Assembly: GCA_030526265.1 (NCBI GenBank)
Contig: JAUNDE010000008.1
Location: 8,943-72,942, forward strand
Source of the DNA: Eubacteriales bacterium
GTDB taxonomy: Bacteria; Bacillota; Clostridia; Lachnospirales; Lachnospiraceae
Reading direction: 5' to 3'
Length of the DNA: 64,000 nt
Part shown: one piece after another, positions 9,583 through 20,781 of the stretch
Numbering within the stretch: the first letter of the stretch is position 1
Layout of the letters: each line of letters begins with the position of its first letter
Notes under the pieces: model-generated
Seen by the model: only the letters and a program-made list of their open reading frames with translations
Databases searched by the model: none
What the model was told of the DNA's origin: nothing
Program-made: the position numbers and the translations under genes

Positions 9583-10659
9583 ATGTTAAGAGTAGGAATG
9601 CTTACAAGCGGCGGAGATTGCCAGGCATTAAATGCCACTATGAGAGGCATTGTAAAGAGTCTTTACGGTAAACGGGATGATGTTGAGATCTACGGATTTC
9701 AGGAGGGATACAAAGGATTGATCTATTCGAACTTTAAGATGCTTACATCCAAAGATTTTTCCGGTATCCTTACTGTCGGAGGAACGATTCTCGGAACATC
9801 GAGACAACCATTTAAGAAGATGAGAGAACCGGATGAGAATGGACTGGATAAAGTGGAAGCTATGAAGCATACTTATCATAAGCTGAATCTTGACTGTCTT
9901 GTGATCCTCGGAGGAAACGGAACACAGAAGACAGCGAACCTTCTGAGAGAAGAAGGACTGAACATTGTGTCGCTTCCAAAGACAATCGACAATGACCTCT
10001 GGGGAACGGATATGACGTTTGGTTTCCAGAGCGCCGTTGATATTGCGACAGATGTAATTGATAAGATCCACACGACGGCGACATCGCACAGCCGTGTATT
10101 TATTGTAGAGATCATGGGACACAGAGTCGGATGGGTTGCCCTCCATGCAGGTATTGCAGGCGGGGCGGATATTATCCTTCTTCCGGAGATCCCATATGAT
10201 CCGGAAAATCTCGCGGACACGATCAACAGACGTGCGAAAGAAGGAAAGAGATTCACGATCATTGCGGTTGCTGAAGGAGCGATCACAAAGAAGGATGCGA
10301 AGCTTTCGAAGAAAGAAATGAAAGAAAAACAGGCGAACAGTCCATATCCATCTGTTGCATATGAAGTGGCTGCAGAACTTCAGAAGAGAACGGATCAGGA
10401 AGTCCGCATCACTGTTCCGGGACATACACAGCGTGGAGGAATTCCATGCGCTTATGACCGTGTGCTCTCTACACGCCTCGGTGCGTCAGCAGCGCAGATG
10501 ATTCTTGATGGAGAGTTCGGCTATATGGCAGCGATGGTGGACGGTGAGACGACAAAGATTCCGTTGTCAGAAGTTGCGGGCAAATTGAAGTATGTGGATC
10601 CAAAATCCAGCATTATCAAAGAAGCGAAGCTGGTGGGAATCAGTTTTGGTGACGAATAA
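9583..10659 (+). CDS. pfkA: 6-phosphofructokinase, group III type
   Basis: TSGGDCQALN, GGTILGTSR, LGGNGT, PKTIDND, EIMG and GHTQRGG. The GGNG plus K(TIDND) combination suggests an ATP-dependent group III enzyme. Confidence 0.93.
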   Translation: MLRVGMLTSGGDCQALNATMRGIVKSLYGKRDDVEIYGFQEGYKGLIYSNFKMLTSKDFSGILTVGGTILGTSRQPFKKMREPDENGLDKVEAMKHTYHKLNLDCLVILGGNGTQKTANLLREEGLNIVSLPKTIDNDLWGTDMTFGFQSAVDIATDVIDKIHTTATSHSRVFIVEIMGHRVGWVALHAGIAGGADIILLPEIPYDPENLADTINRRAKEGKRFTIIAVAEGAITKKDAKLSKKEMKEKQANSPYPSVAYEVAAELQKRTDQEVRITVPGHTQRGGIPCAYDRVLSTRLGASAAQMILDGEFGYMAAMVDGETTKIPLSEVAGKLKYVDPKSSIIKEAKLVGISFGDE

Positions 10660-10682
10660 AGCATAAGCAGGAGAGTGGCAGC

Positions 10683-12251
10683 ATGAGTTATACAGCGCTG
10701 TACCGCAAATTCCGTCCGAATGAGTTCAAAGATGTGAAGGGGCAGGATGCGGTTGTAAAAACATTAAAAAACCAAATAAAGACAGGGCGTATAGGGCATG
10801 CATATCTTTTCTGTGGAACAAGAGGAACAGGAAAGACAACGGTTGCAAAGATTTTTGCGAAAGCAGTGAATTGTATGCATCCGGTAGATGGAAGTCCTTG
10901 TGAAGAGTGCGAGATGTGCCGGGCAATCTCGTCCGGTACATCTATGAATGTGATAGAGATTGATGCGGCTTCTAACAATGGAGTGGACAATATCCGCGAG
11001 ATCAGAGAAGAAGTTGCATATCGTCCGACAGAGGGACGGTATAAGGTGTATATTATCGACGAGGTGCATATGCTTTCTATAGGAGCGTTTAATGCGCTTC
11101 TCAAAACACTGGAAGAACCGCCGGAGTATGTTATTTTTATTCTGGCGACGACCGAGGCACACAAGATTCCGGTGACGATCTTAAGCAGATGCCAGAGATA
11201 TGATTTTAAGCGTATTTCGATCGATACGATCTGTGAAAGACTGCATGAATTGATCGAAGCGGAAGGACTGGATGTGGAAGAAAAGGCCGTTCGATACATT
11301 GCCCGCATGGCAGACGGAGCGATGCGTGATGCGCTGAGTCTTCTGGATCAGTGCGTGGCATTTTACATTGGAGAACGTCTGACGTACGATCATGTACTGG
11401 AGGTGCTCGGAGCGGTTGACACCGATGTGTTTGGAAGACTGTTCCGCCAGGTCCTGAAGCGGAATGTCAAAGAGGTGATCCGTGTTCTGGATGAGCTTGT
11501 GATGCAGGGAAGAGAGCTTTCGCAGCTCGCAGCAGACTTTACGTGGTATCTGCGCAATCTTCTGCTCCTGAAAACATCTGATGATATGGAAGATGTGCTT
11601 GATGTTTCGAGTGAGAATCTGATACAGTTGAAAGAAGATGCGAAGCTGGTGGAAGCAGAGGAACTGATCCGTTACATTCGTATTTTTTCAGAACTCACAG
11701 GAGAATTAAAGTATTCTACACAGAAGAGAGTGTTATTAGAAGTGACCTTTATCAAGCTGTGTAAGCCTCAGATGGAGACGAATGCAGATACTCTTCTCTC
11801 AAGAATTCGGGCATTGGAAGAGGAAGTGGAGAATGGGATTGCAGTGGCTGCGACGCAGCCACGCCCGATGTACACAGACGTGGATATTCAGCCGGTCAAG
11901 AAAGAAAAACCTGTGCTTCCAAAGGCGCTTTCTGAGGATGTGAGAGAAGTTGCGAAAGATTTCAGGAAGATCGCAGAAGGTGCGTCTGTTATGCTGAGGC
12001 AGTACCTCAAAAAGGCGAAGCTCAGTGTCGGAGAGAATGACAGACTTATCCTTGTACTTCCGGATGAAGTGACAGCCGGATTTGTGGCGAAGAAGGAACA
12101 CAAGGATGAGATGGTTCATCTGATTGAAGAGAAAATCGGCAAAACCGTTGAGATAGACGTCCGTCATGTAGAAGAGGGCAGGCGTTTTGAAGACAGTTTT
12201 GTAGATATAGAAAAAGTTGTCCACATGGATATTACAATTGAAGATTTTTAA
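10683..12251 (+). CDS. dnaX: DNA polymerase III subunit gamma/tau
   Basis: LYRKFRP, GTRGTGKT (Walker A), C..CEECEMC zinc module, EIDAASN, IIDEVHML and SRCQR. Confidence 0.97.
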   Translation: MSYTALYRKFRPNEFKDVKGQDAVVKTLKNQIKTGRIGHAYLFCGTRGTGKTTVAKIFAKAVNCMHPVDGSPCEECEMCRAISSGTSMNVIEIDAASNNGVDNIREIREEVAYRPTEGRYKVYIIDEVHMLSIGAFNALLKTLEEPPEYVIFILATTEAHKIPVTILSRCQRYDFKRISIDTICERLHELIEAEGLDVEEKAVRYIARMADGAMRDALSLLDQCVAFYIGERLTYDHVLEVLGAVDTDVFGRLFRQVLKRNVKEVIRVLDELVMQGRELSQLAADFTWYLRNLLLLKTSDDMEDVLDVSSENLIQLKEDAKLVEAEELIRYIRIFSELTGELKYSTQKRVLLEVTFIKLCKPQMETNADTLLSRIRALEEEVENGIAVAATQPRPMYTDVDIQPVKKEKPVLPKALSEDVREVAKDFRKIAEGASVMLRQYLKKAKLSVGENDRLILVLPDEVTAGFVAKKEHKDEMVHLIEEKIGKTVEIDVRHVEEGRRFEDSFVDIEKVVHMDITIEDF

Positions 12252-12266
12252 AGGAGGAAATGATCC

Positions 12267-12614
12267 ATGGCAAAACGTGGTGGGTTCCCGGGCGGAGGAA
12301 TGCCGGGAAATATGGCGAATCTTATGAAGCAGGCGCAGAAAATGCAGCGTCAGATGGAAGAGCAGGCAAAGGAACTCGAGACAAAAGAGTTCACAGCTAC
12401 AGCAGGCGGCGGTGCTGTTGAGGTGACAGTATCCGGTAAAAAACAGATCTTAAAACTCCAGCTTGACGAAGAAGTGGTTGATCCGGATGATATCGAAATG
12501 TTGGAAGATCTGATCATTGCAGCAGTGAACGAGGCACTTGATAAAGTGGATGAAGAGTCTGCAGGAGCAATGTCTAAGCTTACAGGCGGAATGGGAATGC
12601 CTGGAATGTTTTAA
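12267..12614 (+). CDS. ybaB: YbaB/EbfC family nucleoid-associated protein
   Basis: [16 protein letters not shown] and [17 protein letters not shown]; sits between dnaX and recR. Confidence 0.94.
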   Translation: MAKRGGFPGGGMPGNMANLMKQAQKMQRQMEEQAKELETKEFTATAGGGAVEVTVSGKKQILKLQLDEEVVDPDDIEMLEDLIIAAVNEALDKVDEESAGAMSKLTGGMGMPGMF

Positions 12615-12637
12615 TGTGAGACGGGGAGAGCGTTTGA

Positions 12638-13237
12638 ATGGATTACTACAGTAGTCAGATCAGTAAATTAATTGAACAGTTCTCAAGGCTTCCGGGAATC
12701 GGACCAAAGTCAGCCCAAAGGCTGGCTTTTCATTTGATACATATGCCTGCGGAACAGGTAAGAGAGCTTGCGGATACAATGGTCAGCGCAAGGGAAAATG
12801 TCAGGTATTGCAAGTGCTGCCATACACTGACAGATCAGGAAATCTGTCCGATCTGTGCGAACAGCAAGAGGAACCATAAAACGATCATGGTCGTTGAGAC
12901 GACGAGAGATCTGGCAGCGTACGAGAAAACAGGGAAGTATGACGGTGTTTATCATGTACTTCACGGAGCGATATCGCCAATGCTTGGAGTCGGTCCAAAT
13001 GATATTAAGCTGAAGGAACTGATACAGCGGCTGCAGCAGGAAGATGTTGAGGAAGTGATCATCGCGACGAATTCCAGTCTGGAAGGAGAGACGACAGCGA
13101 TGTATATCAGCAAGCTGATCAAACCGACAGGAATCAAAGTGAGCAGGATCGCAAGCGGTGTTCCGGTCGGCGGAGATCTGGAATATATCGATGAAGTAAC
13201 GCTTCTGCGTGCGCTGGACGGTCGTGTCGAGTTGTAG
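12638..13237 (+). CDS. recR: Recombination mediator RecR
   Basis: LPGIGPKSAQRL (HhH), CKCCHT...CPIC zinc finger, YHVLHG and ASGVPVGGDLEYID. Confidence 0.97.
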   Translation: MDYYSSQISKLIEQFSRLPGIGPKSAQRLAFHLIHMPAEQVRELADTMVSARENVRYCKCCHTLTDQEICPICANSKRNHKTIMVVETTRDLAAYEKTGKYDGVYHVLHGAISPMLGVGPNDIKLKELIQRLQQEDVEEVIIATNSSLEGETTAMYISKLIKPTGIKVSRIASGVPVGGDLEYIDEVTLLRALDGRVEL

Positions 13238-13307
13238 AAATGTGTGATTTTGTATAAAAATCGTGAATAATCGTTCGATGTGATTGGTTATCATGACAAG
13301 GATTCTA

Positions 13308-13336
13308 TTGACCGGGGCAGGCGAAAAAGATATAAT
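13308..13336 (+). promoter_or_regulatory. Sigma-A promoter of the transketolase genes
   Basis: TTGACC-17 bp-TATAAT. Confidence 0.7.
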
Positions 13337-13392
13337 ATTTTTACAATGTATTTAGTTTTTATGAGGACAGAAAATGATAGGAGGCAATTTTC

Positions 13393-14229
13393 ATGAACAA
13401 AGTAGAACTTATGAAGACTGCTAATGAAGTCCGCAAAGGTATTGTGACAGCAGTACACAGCGCAAAGTCCGGACATCCGGGCGGCTCATTATCAGCTGCA
13501 GATATTTATACATATCTGTATTTTGAAGAAATGAATGTAGATCCAAAGGATCCAAAGAAAGCAGACAGAGACCGTTTCGTATTATCCAAGGGTCACACAT
13601 CACCGGGATATTACTCAACACTGGCGCACAGAGGATTCTTCCCTGTAGAGGATCTTCCTACATTCCGTCATACAGGATCATACCTTCAGGGACATCCATG
13701 TATGCAGCATGTACCGGGGGTTGATATGTCATCAGGATCTCTGGGACAGGGCATCTCAGTAGCTGTTGGTATGGCAATTTCAGCAAAATTGTCAGGAGAG
13801 GACTATCGAGTATATACACTTCTTGGAGACGGAGAGATCCAGGAAGGACAGGTATGGGAAGCATCCATGCTTGCAGCACACAGAAAACTGGACAACCTTG
13901 TTGTTATTGTAGATAATAATAACCTTCAGATCGATGGAGATATCAGCAAAGTAAACTCTCCATACCCGATCGATGAGAAGTTCAAAGCGTTTAACTTCCA
14001 TGTGATCAATTGTGATGGTCATGACTTTGATTCACTTGCAGCAGCATTCAAAGAAGCAAGAGAGACAAAGGGACAGCCGACAGCAATTATCGCTAAGACA
14101 GTAAAAGGTAAAGGTGTTTCCTTCATGGAAGACAATGCAGGATGGCATGGAAAAGCTCCTAACGATGAGCAGTATGCTGTCGCAATGGAAGATTTAGAGA
14201 AAGCAGGTGAAGCATTATGTCAGAAGTAA
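13393..14229 (+). CDS. Transketolase, N-terminal (ThDP-binding) subunit
   Basis: SGHPGGSLS, DRFVLSKGH, LQGHP, GSLGQG and GDGE...W E...DNN ThDP motif. Confidence 0.93.
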   Translation: MNKVELMKTANEVRKGIVTAVHSAKSGHPGGSLSAADIYTYLYFEEMNVDPKDPKKADRDRFVLSKGHTSPGYYSTLAHRGFFPVEDLPTFRHTGSYLQGHPCMQHVPGVDMSSGSLGQGISVAVGMAISAKLSGEDYRVYTLLGDGEIQEGQVWEASMLAAHRKLDNLVVIVDNNNLQIDGDISKVNSPYPIDEKFKAFNFHVINCDGHDFDSLAAAFKEARETKGQPTAIIAKTVKGKGVSFMEDNAGWHGKAPNDEQYAVAMEDLEKAGEALCQK

Positions 14230-15155
14230 AGAAGATCGCTACGAGAGCAAGTTATGGTAATGCTTTATTAGAACTTGGTAAATTACATGACAATGTAATT
14301 GCGCTTGACGCAGACCTTGCAGGCGCAACACAGACAGCTATTTTCATGAAAGAATTCCCGGAGCGCCACATTGACTGTGGTATTGCAGAGGGTAATATGA
14401 TGGGCGTTGCAGCTGGTCTTTCATTAACAGGAAAGGTTCCGTTTGCAAGTACATTCGCCATGTTTGCAGCAGGACGTGCTTTTGAGCAGGTTCGTAACTC
14501 AATCGGATATCCACACTGTAATGTTAAGATCGGTGCTACACATGCCGGTATCACAGTAGGTGAAGACGGTGCTACACATCAGTGTAACGAGGATATTGCT
14601 CTTATGAGAACCATTCCTGGAATGACAGTGATCTGTCCTGCAGACGACGTGGAAGCAAGAGCAGCAGTATTTGCAGCTTATGAATTTGAAGGACCTGTTT
14701 ACATGAGATTTGGACGTGCAGCAGTTCCTGTGATCAATGATACACCGGATTACAAGTTTGAGATCGGTAAAGGAGTTACTCTCAGAGAAGGTAAAGACGT
14801 TACGATCATCGCAACAGGTATCATGGTAGCGAACTGTCTGGAAGCAGCTGAGAAGCTTGCAGCAGACGGAATCGACGCAGAAGTGATCAATATCCATACG
14901 ATCAAACCGATCGATGCAGATCTTATCGTGGCATCAGCTAAGAAGACAGGTAAGGTTGTTACAGCTGAAGAGCATTCAGTAATCGGAGGACTTGGCGGAG
15001 CAGTTGCAGAAGTGCTTGCAGAGAAAGCTCCTACAAAACAGCTTCGTATCGGTATCAATGATGTATTCGGAGAGTCTGGACCGGCCGGAGAACTCGTGAA
15101 GAAATACGGACTTGACGGAGAAAGCGTTTACGAGAAAATCAAAGCATTTGTATAA
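14217..15155 (+). CDS. Transketolase, C-terminal (pyrimidine-binding) subunit
   Basis: ATRASYG, CGIAEGNM, RAFEQVR, GEDGATHQ and EEHSVIGGLG; overlaps the N-terminal subunit gene. Confidence 0.93.
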   Translation: MSEVKKIATRASYGNALLELGKLHDNVIALDADLAGATQTAIFMKEFPERHIDCGIAEGNMMGVAAGLSLTGKVPFASTFAMFAAGRAFEQVRNSIGYPHCNVKIGATHAGITVGEDGATHQCNEDIALMRTIPGMTVICPADDVEARAAVFAAYEFEGPVYMRFGRAAVPVINDTPDYKFEIGKGVTLREGKDVTIIATGIMVANCLEAAEKLAADGIDAEVINIHTIKPIDADLIVASAKKTGKVVTAEEHSVIGGLGGAVAEVLAEKAPTKQLRIGINDVFGESGPAGELVKKYGLDGESVYEKIKAFV

Positions 15156-15170
15156 TCAATAAAGTATTCT

Positions 15171-15201
15171 ATAGGCTGTCACTTCGGTGGCAGCTTATTT
15201 T
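15171..15201 (+). terminator. Intrinsic terminator after transketolase
   Basis: AGGCTGTCAC-TTCG-GTGGCAGCTT followed by ATTTT. Confidence 0.75.
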
Positions 15202-15281
15202 GTCTTATTATAAAGATAAGGAATAGAATTTTTCTGTGGTTGGTACTGCTATATTTCAGGCTCTTTCTTCTACATATACAG

Positions 15282-15318
15282 AAAACAGACTGCCACACGA
15301 AGTGACAGTCTGTCAAAA
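15282..15318 (-). terminator. Intrinsic terminator after nfo
   Basis: Minus strand ACAGACTGTCAC-TTCGT-GTGGCAGTCTGT followed by a T run. Confidence 0.75.
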
Positions 15319-15321
15319 ACC

Positions 15322-16227
15322 TTATTCGTTGTCTGCAAGGATGCGGTCTAACAGCGTCTCATCGAAACGATTCTCACGCAGCATCTCGATCTCATATTTA
15401 TACGGCGCATAGGAATTCTTTGGATTTACCAGCGACTTCACATAAGGTGTCTCCAGAATCTTTGGAACATTTTCAAAGTCCGGATGATGCACGATATAAG
15501 AAAGAGCATCAAAACCAAGATTTCCGAAACCAAGATTCGCGTGGCGGTCTTTGGAAGCCCCGCGCTCGTTCTTGCTGTCATTGATATGGAAGACAGCGAT
15601 CTGATCTTTGCCGATGATCCGGTCAAATTCATCGATGACGCCGTCAAAATCATGGATGACATCGTATCCGCTGTCATTTGTATGACATGTGTCAAAGCAG
15701 ACGCGGAGTTTGTCGTTGTGAACGACACCGTCATAGATTCTTGCAAGCTCCTCGAAGCTTCTTCCAAGCTCCGAACCCTTTCCGGCCATCGTCTCAAGTG
15801 CAATGAACACGTCGGTATCTTTTGTGAGAACCTCATTGATTCCTTTTACGATCTGTGCGATTCCTGCATCGACGCCGGCTCCGACATGAGAGCCCGGATG
15901 AAGAACCATCACATTACTTTTACAGGCACTGCTTCGCTCCAGCTCAAGAGCGAGGAAGTTCACTGCGATCTCAAATGTTTCCGGTTTGACCGTATTTGCA
16001 AGATTGATGATATAAGGAGCATGGACAATGATGTCACTGATCCCGTGTGCATTCATATATTCCCATGCCGGGTCAATGTTCAGCTCACTGATTGCTTTTC
16101 TCTTTGTGTTCTGTGGAGCGCCTGTGTAGAACATAAATGTGTTCGCACCGTAAGAGGCGGCTTCCTTCGCGGAACCGAGCAGCATATCCTTTCCACTCAT
16201 TTTTACATGTGATCCAATTTTTAACAT
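15322..16227 (-). CDS. nfo: Endonuclease IV (AP endonuclease)
   Basis: [51 protein letters not shown] and ILETP. Start at ATG 16227 (MLKIGSH); the longer ORF call overlaps the upstream gene. Confidence 0.95.
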   Translation of the reverse strand: MLKIGSHVKMSGKDMLLGSAKEAASYGANTFMFYTGAPQNTKRKAISELNIDPAWEYMNAHGISDIIVHAPYIINLANTVKPETFEIAVNFLALELERSSACKSNVMVLHPGSHVGAGVDAGIAQIVKGINEVLTKDTDVFIALETMAGKGSELGRSFEELARIYDGVVHNDKLRVCFDTCHTNDSGYDVIHDFDGVIDEFDRIIGKDQIAVFHINDSKNERGASKDRHANLGFGNLGFDALSYIVHHPDFENVPKILETPYVKSLVNPKNSYAPYKYEIEMLRENRFDETLLDRILADNE

Positions 16228-16238
16228 AATCGATTTCC

Positions 16239-18026
16239 TTAGATTTCTCTTGTATATTTCTTCAGCCATTCCACTTCGTCAGCTTCAAGTCTTGGAGAAA
16301 GCTTCTCAAATACCTGTCTGTGGTAATCGTTGAGACGTTTCTTATCGACATCTGTCATGATGTCCGGGTTGATCGCGTCAAGATCCATCGGGATGAATGT
16401 GATTGGCTCAAAGTACATGAACTGTCCGTATTCATTCTTCTCGCCCTTGCATGTGAGCAGTTCATTTTCGATACGGATTCCGTGAGAGCCTTCGATGTAG
16501 ATACCCGGCTCATCAGTGATGATCATGCCTTCCTCAAATACATGTGCTTCATTTGGACGGAACTGCCAGCGGAAACCTGTAGGGCCTTCATGAATGTTCA
16601 GAAGATATCCAACACCATGGCCTGTTCCATGATTGTAGTTCAGATTTCTCTGCCAGAATGGCTCTCTTGCGAGGTAGTCGAAATTCATACCGGTACATCC
16701 ATAAAGGAATCTTGCACTTGCAAGGTTCAGGTTACTGATACATACGAGTGTGAAATGATCTTTCATTTCCTGTGTGATCTCACCAAAAGCGTAAGTTCTT
16801 GTGATATCTGTAGAGCCTTCATAGAATCCGGCGCCTGTGTCAGTGAGGAAAAGTCCGCCTTCTGTCACTTCGATATCTGTCTCAGGAGATGAAGTGTAGT
16901 GAACGATCGCAGCATGTTCGCCAAATGAGCTGATTGGTTCGAAGCTTGGCCGGATGAATGACGGGAACTGTGCACGGAATTCATCCAGCTTGTCAGAAGC
17001 ACTCATCTCTGTGATTTTCATTTTTCCAACATTTTCTTTGAGCCATTTCATGAAACGTACATGCGCAATGCTGTCCATGATCTGTGCTTCTTTGATATTG
17101 GCGATCTCAACAGGATTCTTCATTGCCTTGAAAAGGATCTCCGGATTCTGTGCGCTGATCGTTTTGATCTCTTTTGGAATATTGTTGAACAGTGCATAGT
17201 TCAGTTTGCCAGGGTCGATCAGGAGTACTTCGTCTGAAGATACTTTCTTGATATCTTCGTAGATGTCATTGTATGGGAGGATATTTACATTATCTTTCGC
17301 AAATGCTGCCTTGATCTCATCGCTCAATTTGCATTCGTTGATGTAAAGATCCATTTTATCCATTGTGATGATCGCGTAAGACAGCACGAGCGGGAAGAAT
17401 TCGATATCGTTTCCACGCATGTTGAGTGTCCAGCAGATGTCGTCGAGTGTCGTGAGGACATGAGCCGTCGCGCCCTGTGCCTTCATGGCTTCACGGATGC
17501 GGGCAAGCTTGTCTGTCGTCGATTCACCTGTATATTTGAGGTCAAGTAAGAAGACTGGTTCTTCAGAAAGAGGCGGGCGGTCTTCCCAGATCTCGTCGAT
17601 CAGATCTTCGCTGTAGATTACGCTGGCCTTTGCCTTCGCTGCGATCTCTTCGTATTCGGCGCCCTCTCCGGTTGATACGACACGTCCGTCAAATCCGAGT
17701 ACATTGCCTTCCTTTAATGTATCGGCAAGGTATTCTGTAAGAGTTGGCACCCCTGGCTCACCCATTTTCATAAGTTCAACAGTTGTACCCTCAAGCTGCT
17801 TTGCTGCCTGGATAAAGTAACGTCCGTCTGTCCAGAGTCTTGCCTCTGTAAGTGTGATCACTGCAGTACCTGCAGAACCGGAAAAACCTGTGATAAATTT
17901 TCTTGCTTTGAAATGTTCACCTACATATTCGCTCTGGTGAAAATCGGCAGTTGGTACGATATAAGTATCAATGCCTTTTGCCTGCATGAGAGCACGCAAC
18001 TTCTGTAATCTTTCAACAATCGTCAT
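16239..18026 (-). CDS. Aminopeptidase P (M24B, Xaa-Pro aminopeptidase)
   Basis: [59 protein letters not shown] and GIRIEN. Confidence 0.93.
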   Translation of the reverse strand: MTIVERLQKLRALMQAKGIDTYIVPTADFHQSEYVGEHFKARKFITGFSGSAGTAVITLTEARLWTDGRYFIQAAKQLEGTTVELMKMGEPGVPTLTEYLADTLKEGNVLGFDGRVVSTGEGAEYEEIAAKAKASVIYSEDLIDEIWEDRPPLSEEPVFLLDLKYTGESTTDKLARIREAMKAQGATAHVLTTLDDICWTLNMRGNDIEFFPLVLSYAIITMDKMDLYINECKLSDEIKAAFAKDNVNILPYNDIYEDIKKVSSDEVLLIDPGKLNYALFNNIPKEIKTISAQNPEILFKAMKNPVEIANIKEAQIMDSIAHVRFMKWLKENVGKMKITEMSASDKLDEFRAQFPSFIRPSFEPISSFGEHAAIVHYTSSPETDIEVTEGGLFLTDTGAGFYEGSTDITRTYAFGEITQEMKDHFTLVCISNLNLASARFLYGCTGMNFDYLAREPFWQRNLNYNHGTGHGVGYLLNIHEGPTGFRWQFRPNEAHVFEEGMIITDEPGIYIEGSHGIRIENELLTCKGEKNEYGQFMYFEPITFIPMDLDAINPDIMTDVDKKRLNDYHRQVFEKLSPRLEADEVEWLKKYTREI

Positions 18027-18094
18027 GATTAATCCTCCTTATTAAAAAGCTTTCCCGTCCGGGAGCTTTATGATTAATAAAATACTTACATATT

Positions 18095-18123
18095 ATTATA
18101 TATTTTTTGGTACTTTCATGCAA
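18095..18123 (-). promoter_or_regulatory. Sigma-A promoter of the aminopeptidase P-nfo unit
   Basis: Minus strand TTGCAT-17 bp-TATAAT. Confidence 0.65.
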
Positions 18124-18318
18124 TGGATTTGACTTGTCCATTTTACAGGAATCGAAGAAAAATGAGGGATTTCAGGAAAAAGTTTGGTGTGCGCAGGGAA
18201 ACAGAGTCGCAACAAAGAAAAACTTGCGGTAATTCTATTTGAATGGACTGCATAAACTGCTAAAATACGCAATCTTCAGATGATATGATGGACAAAAATT
18301 TGGATGAGGTGAGTATAA

Positions 18319-19389
18319 ATGGAGAGAAATTTTCCTAAAAATGTAAAGCAGATCGGAAATGTAAGTGATACGCCAAAGGTGTATGTGGAAGATTATGTGG
18401 ATACCTTTTTGAACGAACTAATAGATAAAGAAAGTGAACTAGTGACAGGTGCATTTTTGACGGGAGAAAAAGTAACGCTGGATGAAAAAGAGTGTGTATT
18501 TGTGACAGGTGCGGTCAAGATGAGAGAACTGGACAGAGAAAAGAAAGAGCCGGAGATTACAAAAGATTATCTGGAAATTGCAAAGATGGAGTGTAAAGAG
18601 TACTTCCGGGGAAAGGAGATCGTCGGATGGTTTTTCGCGACTCCGGACAGGCCTGTGACATTGACCAAAAAAATGCTTCAGATACATGAATCATTATTTA
18701 CGGAAAAGAACAGCTTGTTTATTCTGAAGGACGGCGAAGGAGAAGACCAGATCTTTGCCTATAAATTTCATGATCTGATGAAAATGGGAGGATACTGTAT
18801 CTTTTACGAGAAAAATCCGGAAATGCAGAGTTATATGATCAATGAACGCAGACAGATCGGCGTGACTCCCAGTGAGGTGGTTGAAGATCGAGCTGCAAAG
18901 GATTTTCGCAATACAATAAGAGGAAGGATCGAGCTGAAAGAACAGCGAAGAGAATCCAGATATGTATATTTGACGAGTGTATTGCTCGTTGTCGTTGTTC
19001 TCGCGATCGGGATATCAACGATGAATAATTATGATAAGATCAATTCGGTCCAGACATCGATAGAGACATTGTCGGCAGTAATGCAGAAAGACGGCGCAGG
19101 TGGAGAGGACAGTCAGCAGGTGAATGCCGGGATCGCAGAGAATGCAGAATCAGAAGAACAGGATACAGGTGGAGATACAGACGGGGATACCAATATGGAA
19201 CCACAGAAGTCGACGATACAGGAGGAGCTGAGTGATGCGGAATATTACATTGTTCAGAGAGGAGACACGCTTGATACGATCAGTAAAAAGCTTTATGGAA
19301 CAACACTTGAAGCAGATGCAATCTGTAAAATGAATGGGCTTGAAGACGGGAATCTTATATTCATCGGACAGAAATTGTTATTACCGTAG
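18319..19389 (+). CDS. Membrane-anchored LysM-domain protein with an N-terminal MPN/JAB-like domain
   Basis: C-terminal YYIVQRGDTLDTISKKLYG...ICKMNGL....IFIGQKLLLP (LysM); one hydrophobic helix (YVYLTSVLLVVVVLAIGI); N-terminal KVYVEDYV...GAFL.G...IVGWF pattern. Confidence 0.75.
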   Translation: MERNFPKNVKQIGNVSDTPKVYVEDYVDTFLNELIDKESELVTGAFLTGEKVTLDEKECVFVTGAVKMRELDREKKEPEITKDYLEIAKMECKEYFRGKEIVGWFFATPDRPVTLTKKMLQIHESLFTEKNSLFILKDGEGEDQIFAYKFHDLMKMGGYCIFYEKNPEMQSYMINERRQIGVTPSEVVEDRAAKDFRNTIRGRIELKEQRRESRYVYLTSVLLVVVVLAIGISTMNNYDKINSVQTSIETLSAVMQKDGAGGEDSQQVNAGIAENAESEEQDTGGDTDGDTNMEPQKSTIQEELSDAEYYIVQRGDTLDTISKKLYGTTLEADAICKMNGLEDGNLIFIGQKLLLP

Positions 19390-19508
19390 AGTTGTGTTAT
19401 AATGAAAAACAATCACATTCACGATGAAGAAACCAATATTGGAGATGAGGGCTATTCATTGTGAGTCAGAAATGATCAGATGACTGGCCATGGACAAGAG
19501 GTTATAAC

Positions 19509-20771
19509 ATGAAGATAAGAAAGAAAACAACGCTTAATGTCGTTAAGAATACAGAAGACTCCACAGATGCGGTGATTGACCAGGTACTTGAAGAGCTTCG
19601 TAAAGAAGATGAAGAAGAATCATCAGGTTCGACAGAAAATCATATGATGGAATCAAAAAAGAAGATAAGGAAAAAAAGAATTGCCATCGGCATTGCTGCT
19701 GTCGTGGTCGTGACAGCTGCGTTTCTTGTTATTCAGATGCAGACATATTCGACAGCGAGAATATCAACAACTTATGCCTGTGATGATTCCGGTAATAACA
19801 GTTACCTGCAGTTTTCGAACGGGGTATTGAAATACAGCAGAGATGGTATTGCGTTTCTGGACCGCAAAGGTGAGGAGCGGTGGAATCAGCCCTATCAGAT
19901 AAAGTCTCCAATCGTGGCAACATACTATGATAAGGCAATCGTTGTTGCAGACAAGGGTGGAAATGACATGCTCGTTCTGGATAATGAAGGATTGAAAGGG
20001 GAATTGCATGCGAATCTTCCGATAAAAAAGGTGTCGGTTTCAGCGCAGGGAATTGTGTGTGCTGTGCTCGGAGATGAAGGGTCGCCGAAGATCGTGTGCT
20101 ACGATGCTGCGGGTAATATTCTTGTAGAGCTTACGACATCACTCAAAGGAACCGGATATCCAATGGATGCGAGTATGTCTGAAGATGGAAAGATGCTGCT
20201 GGTTTCATATCTGTGTATTGAAAATAACAAAATTGTGACTAAAGTAGTATATTATGACTTTGACGGGAAGAAAAATAATGTGCAGGATTATGAAGTGACT
20301 TCGGATCGGTATGAGGATGTTGCGGCAGCAGAGGTGTTTTTTATGAATAAGAAAGAATCTGCAGTTATTTGTGACGACAAGATTTTGTTTTATCGAGGAG
20401 AGAAAACACCAAAGCTTACAGAAACAGTCCTTTTGAATAAAAAGATCAAGAGTGTTTTTCATGATCAGAAATATGTGGGACTGATCCTGAAAAATGAAGG
20501 GAAAGCAGGATATGAGCTGTGCCTGTTCAATACGTCGGGAAAGAAACTTCTATCTCAGGAGTTTGTGGGAGATTATTCGAATGTGAAGATAGATCAGGGA
20601 CAGGTAATGATGTATGACGGTAAGAAATGCAGAGTCTTTGCAAAGAATGGTCTGGAGAAATTTGACGGAGAAATGAGTGAGCCGATCTATGAAATGTTCC
20701 CGGTAGTTGGTGTTAATAAATACGTTGTGATGAGTCCAAATGGAATGAATGTCATTCGATTTGTGAAGTAA
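19509..20771 (+). CDS. Membrane-anchored predicted beta-propeller protein (DUF5711-like)
   Basis: Basic stretch plus a TM helix near the N-terminus, then repeated beta-strand-rich units; the family name is from recall. Confidence 0.6.
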   Translation: MKIRKKTTLNVVKNTEDSTDAVIDQVLEELRKEDEEESSGSTENHMMESKKKIRKKRIAIGIAAVVVVTAAFLVIQMQTYSTARISTTYACDDSGNNSYLQFSNGVLKYSRDGIAFLDRKGEERWNQPYQIKSPIVATYYDKAIVVADKGGNDMLVLDNEGLKGELHANLPIKKVSVSAQGIVCAVLGDEGSPKIVCYDAAGNILVELTTSLKGTGYPMDASMSEDGKMLLVSYLCIENNKIVTKVVYYDFDGKKNNVQDYEVTSDRYEDVAAAEVFFMNKKESAVICDDKILFYRGEKTPKLTETVLLNKKIKSVFHDQKYVGLILKNEGKAGYELCLFNTSGKKLLSQEFVGDYSNVKIDQGQVMMYDGKKCRVFAKNGLEKFDGEMSEPIYEMFPVVGVNKYVVMSPNGMNVIRFVK

Positions 20772-20781
20772 GGAGTCGAGG

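Noticed and set aside
10683-12251. Programmed -1 frameshift in dnaX
   Set aside because: No A-AAA-AAG heptamer with a downstream stimulatory hairpin was seen; the closest is C-AAA-AAG near 12009.
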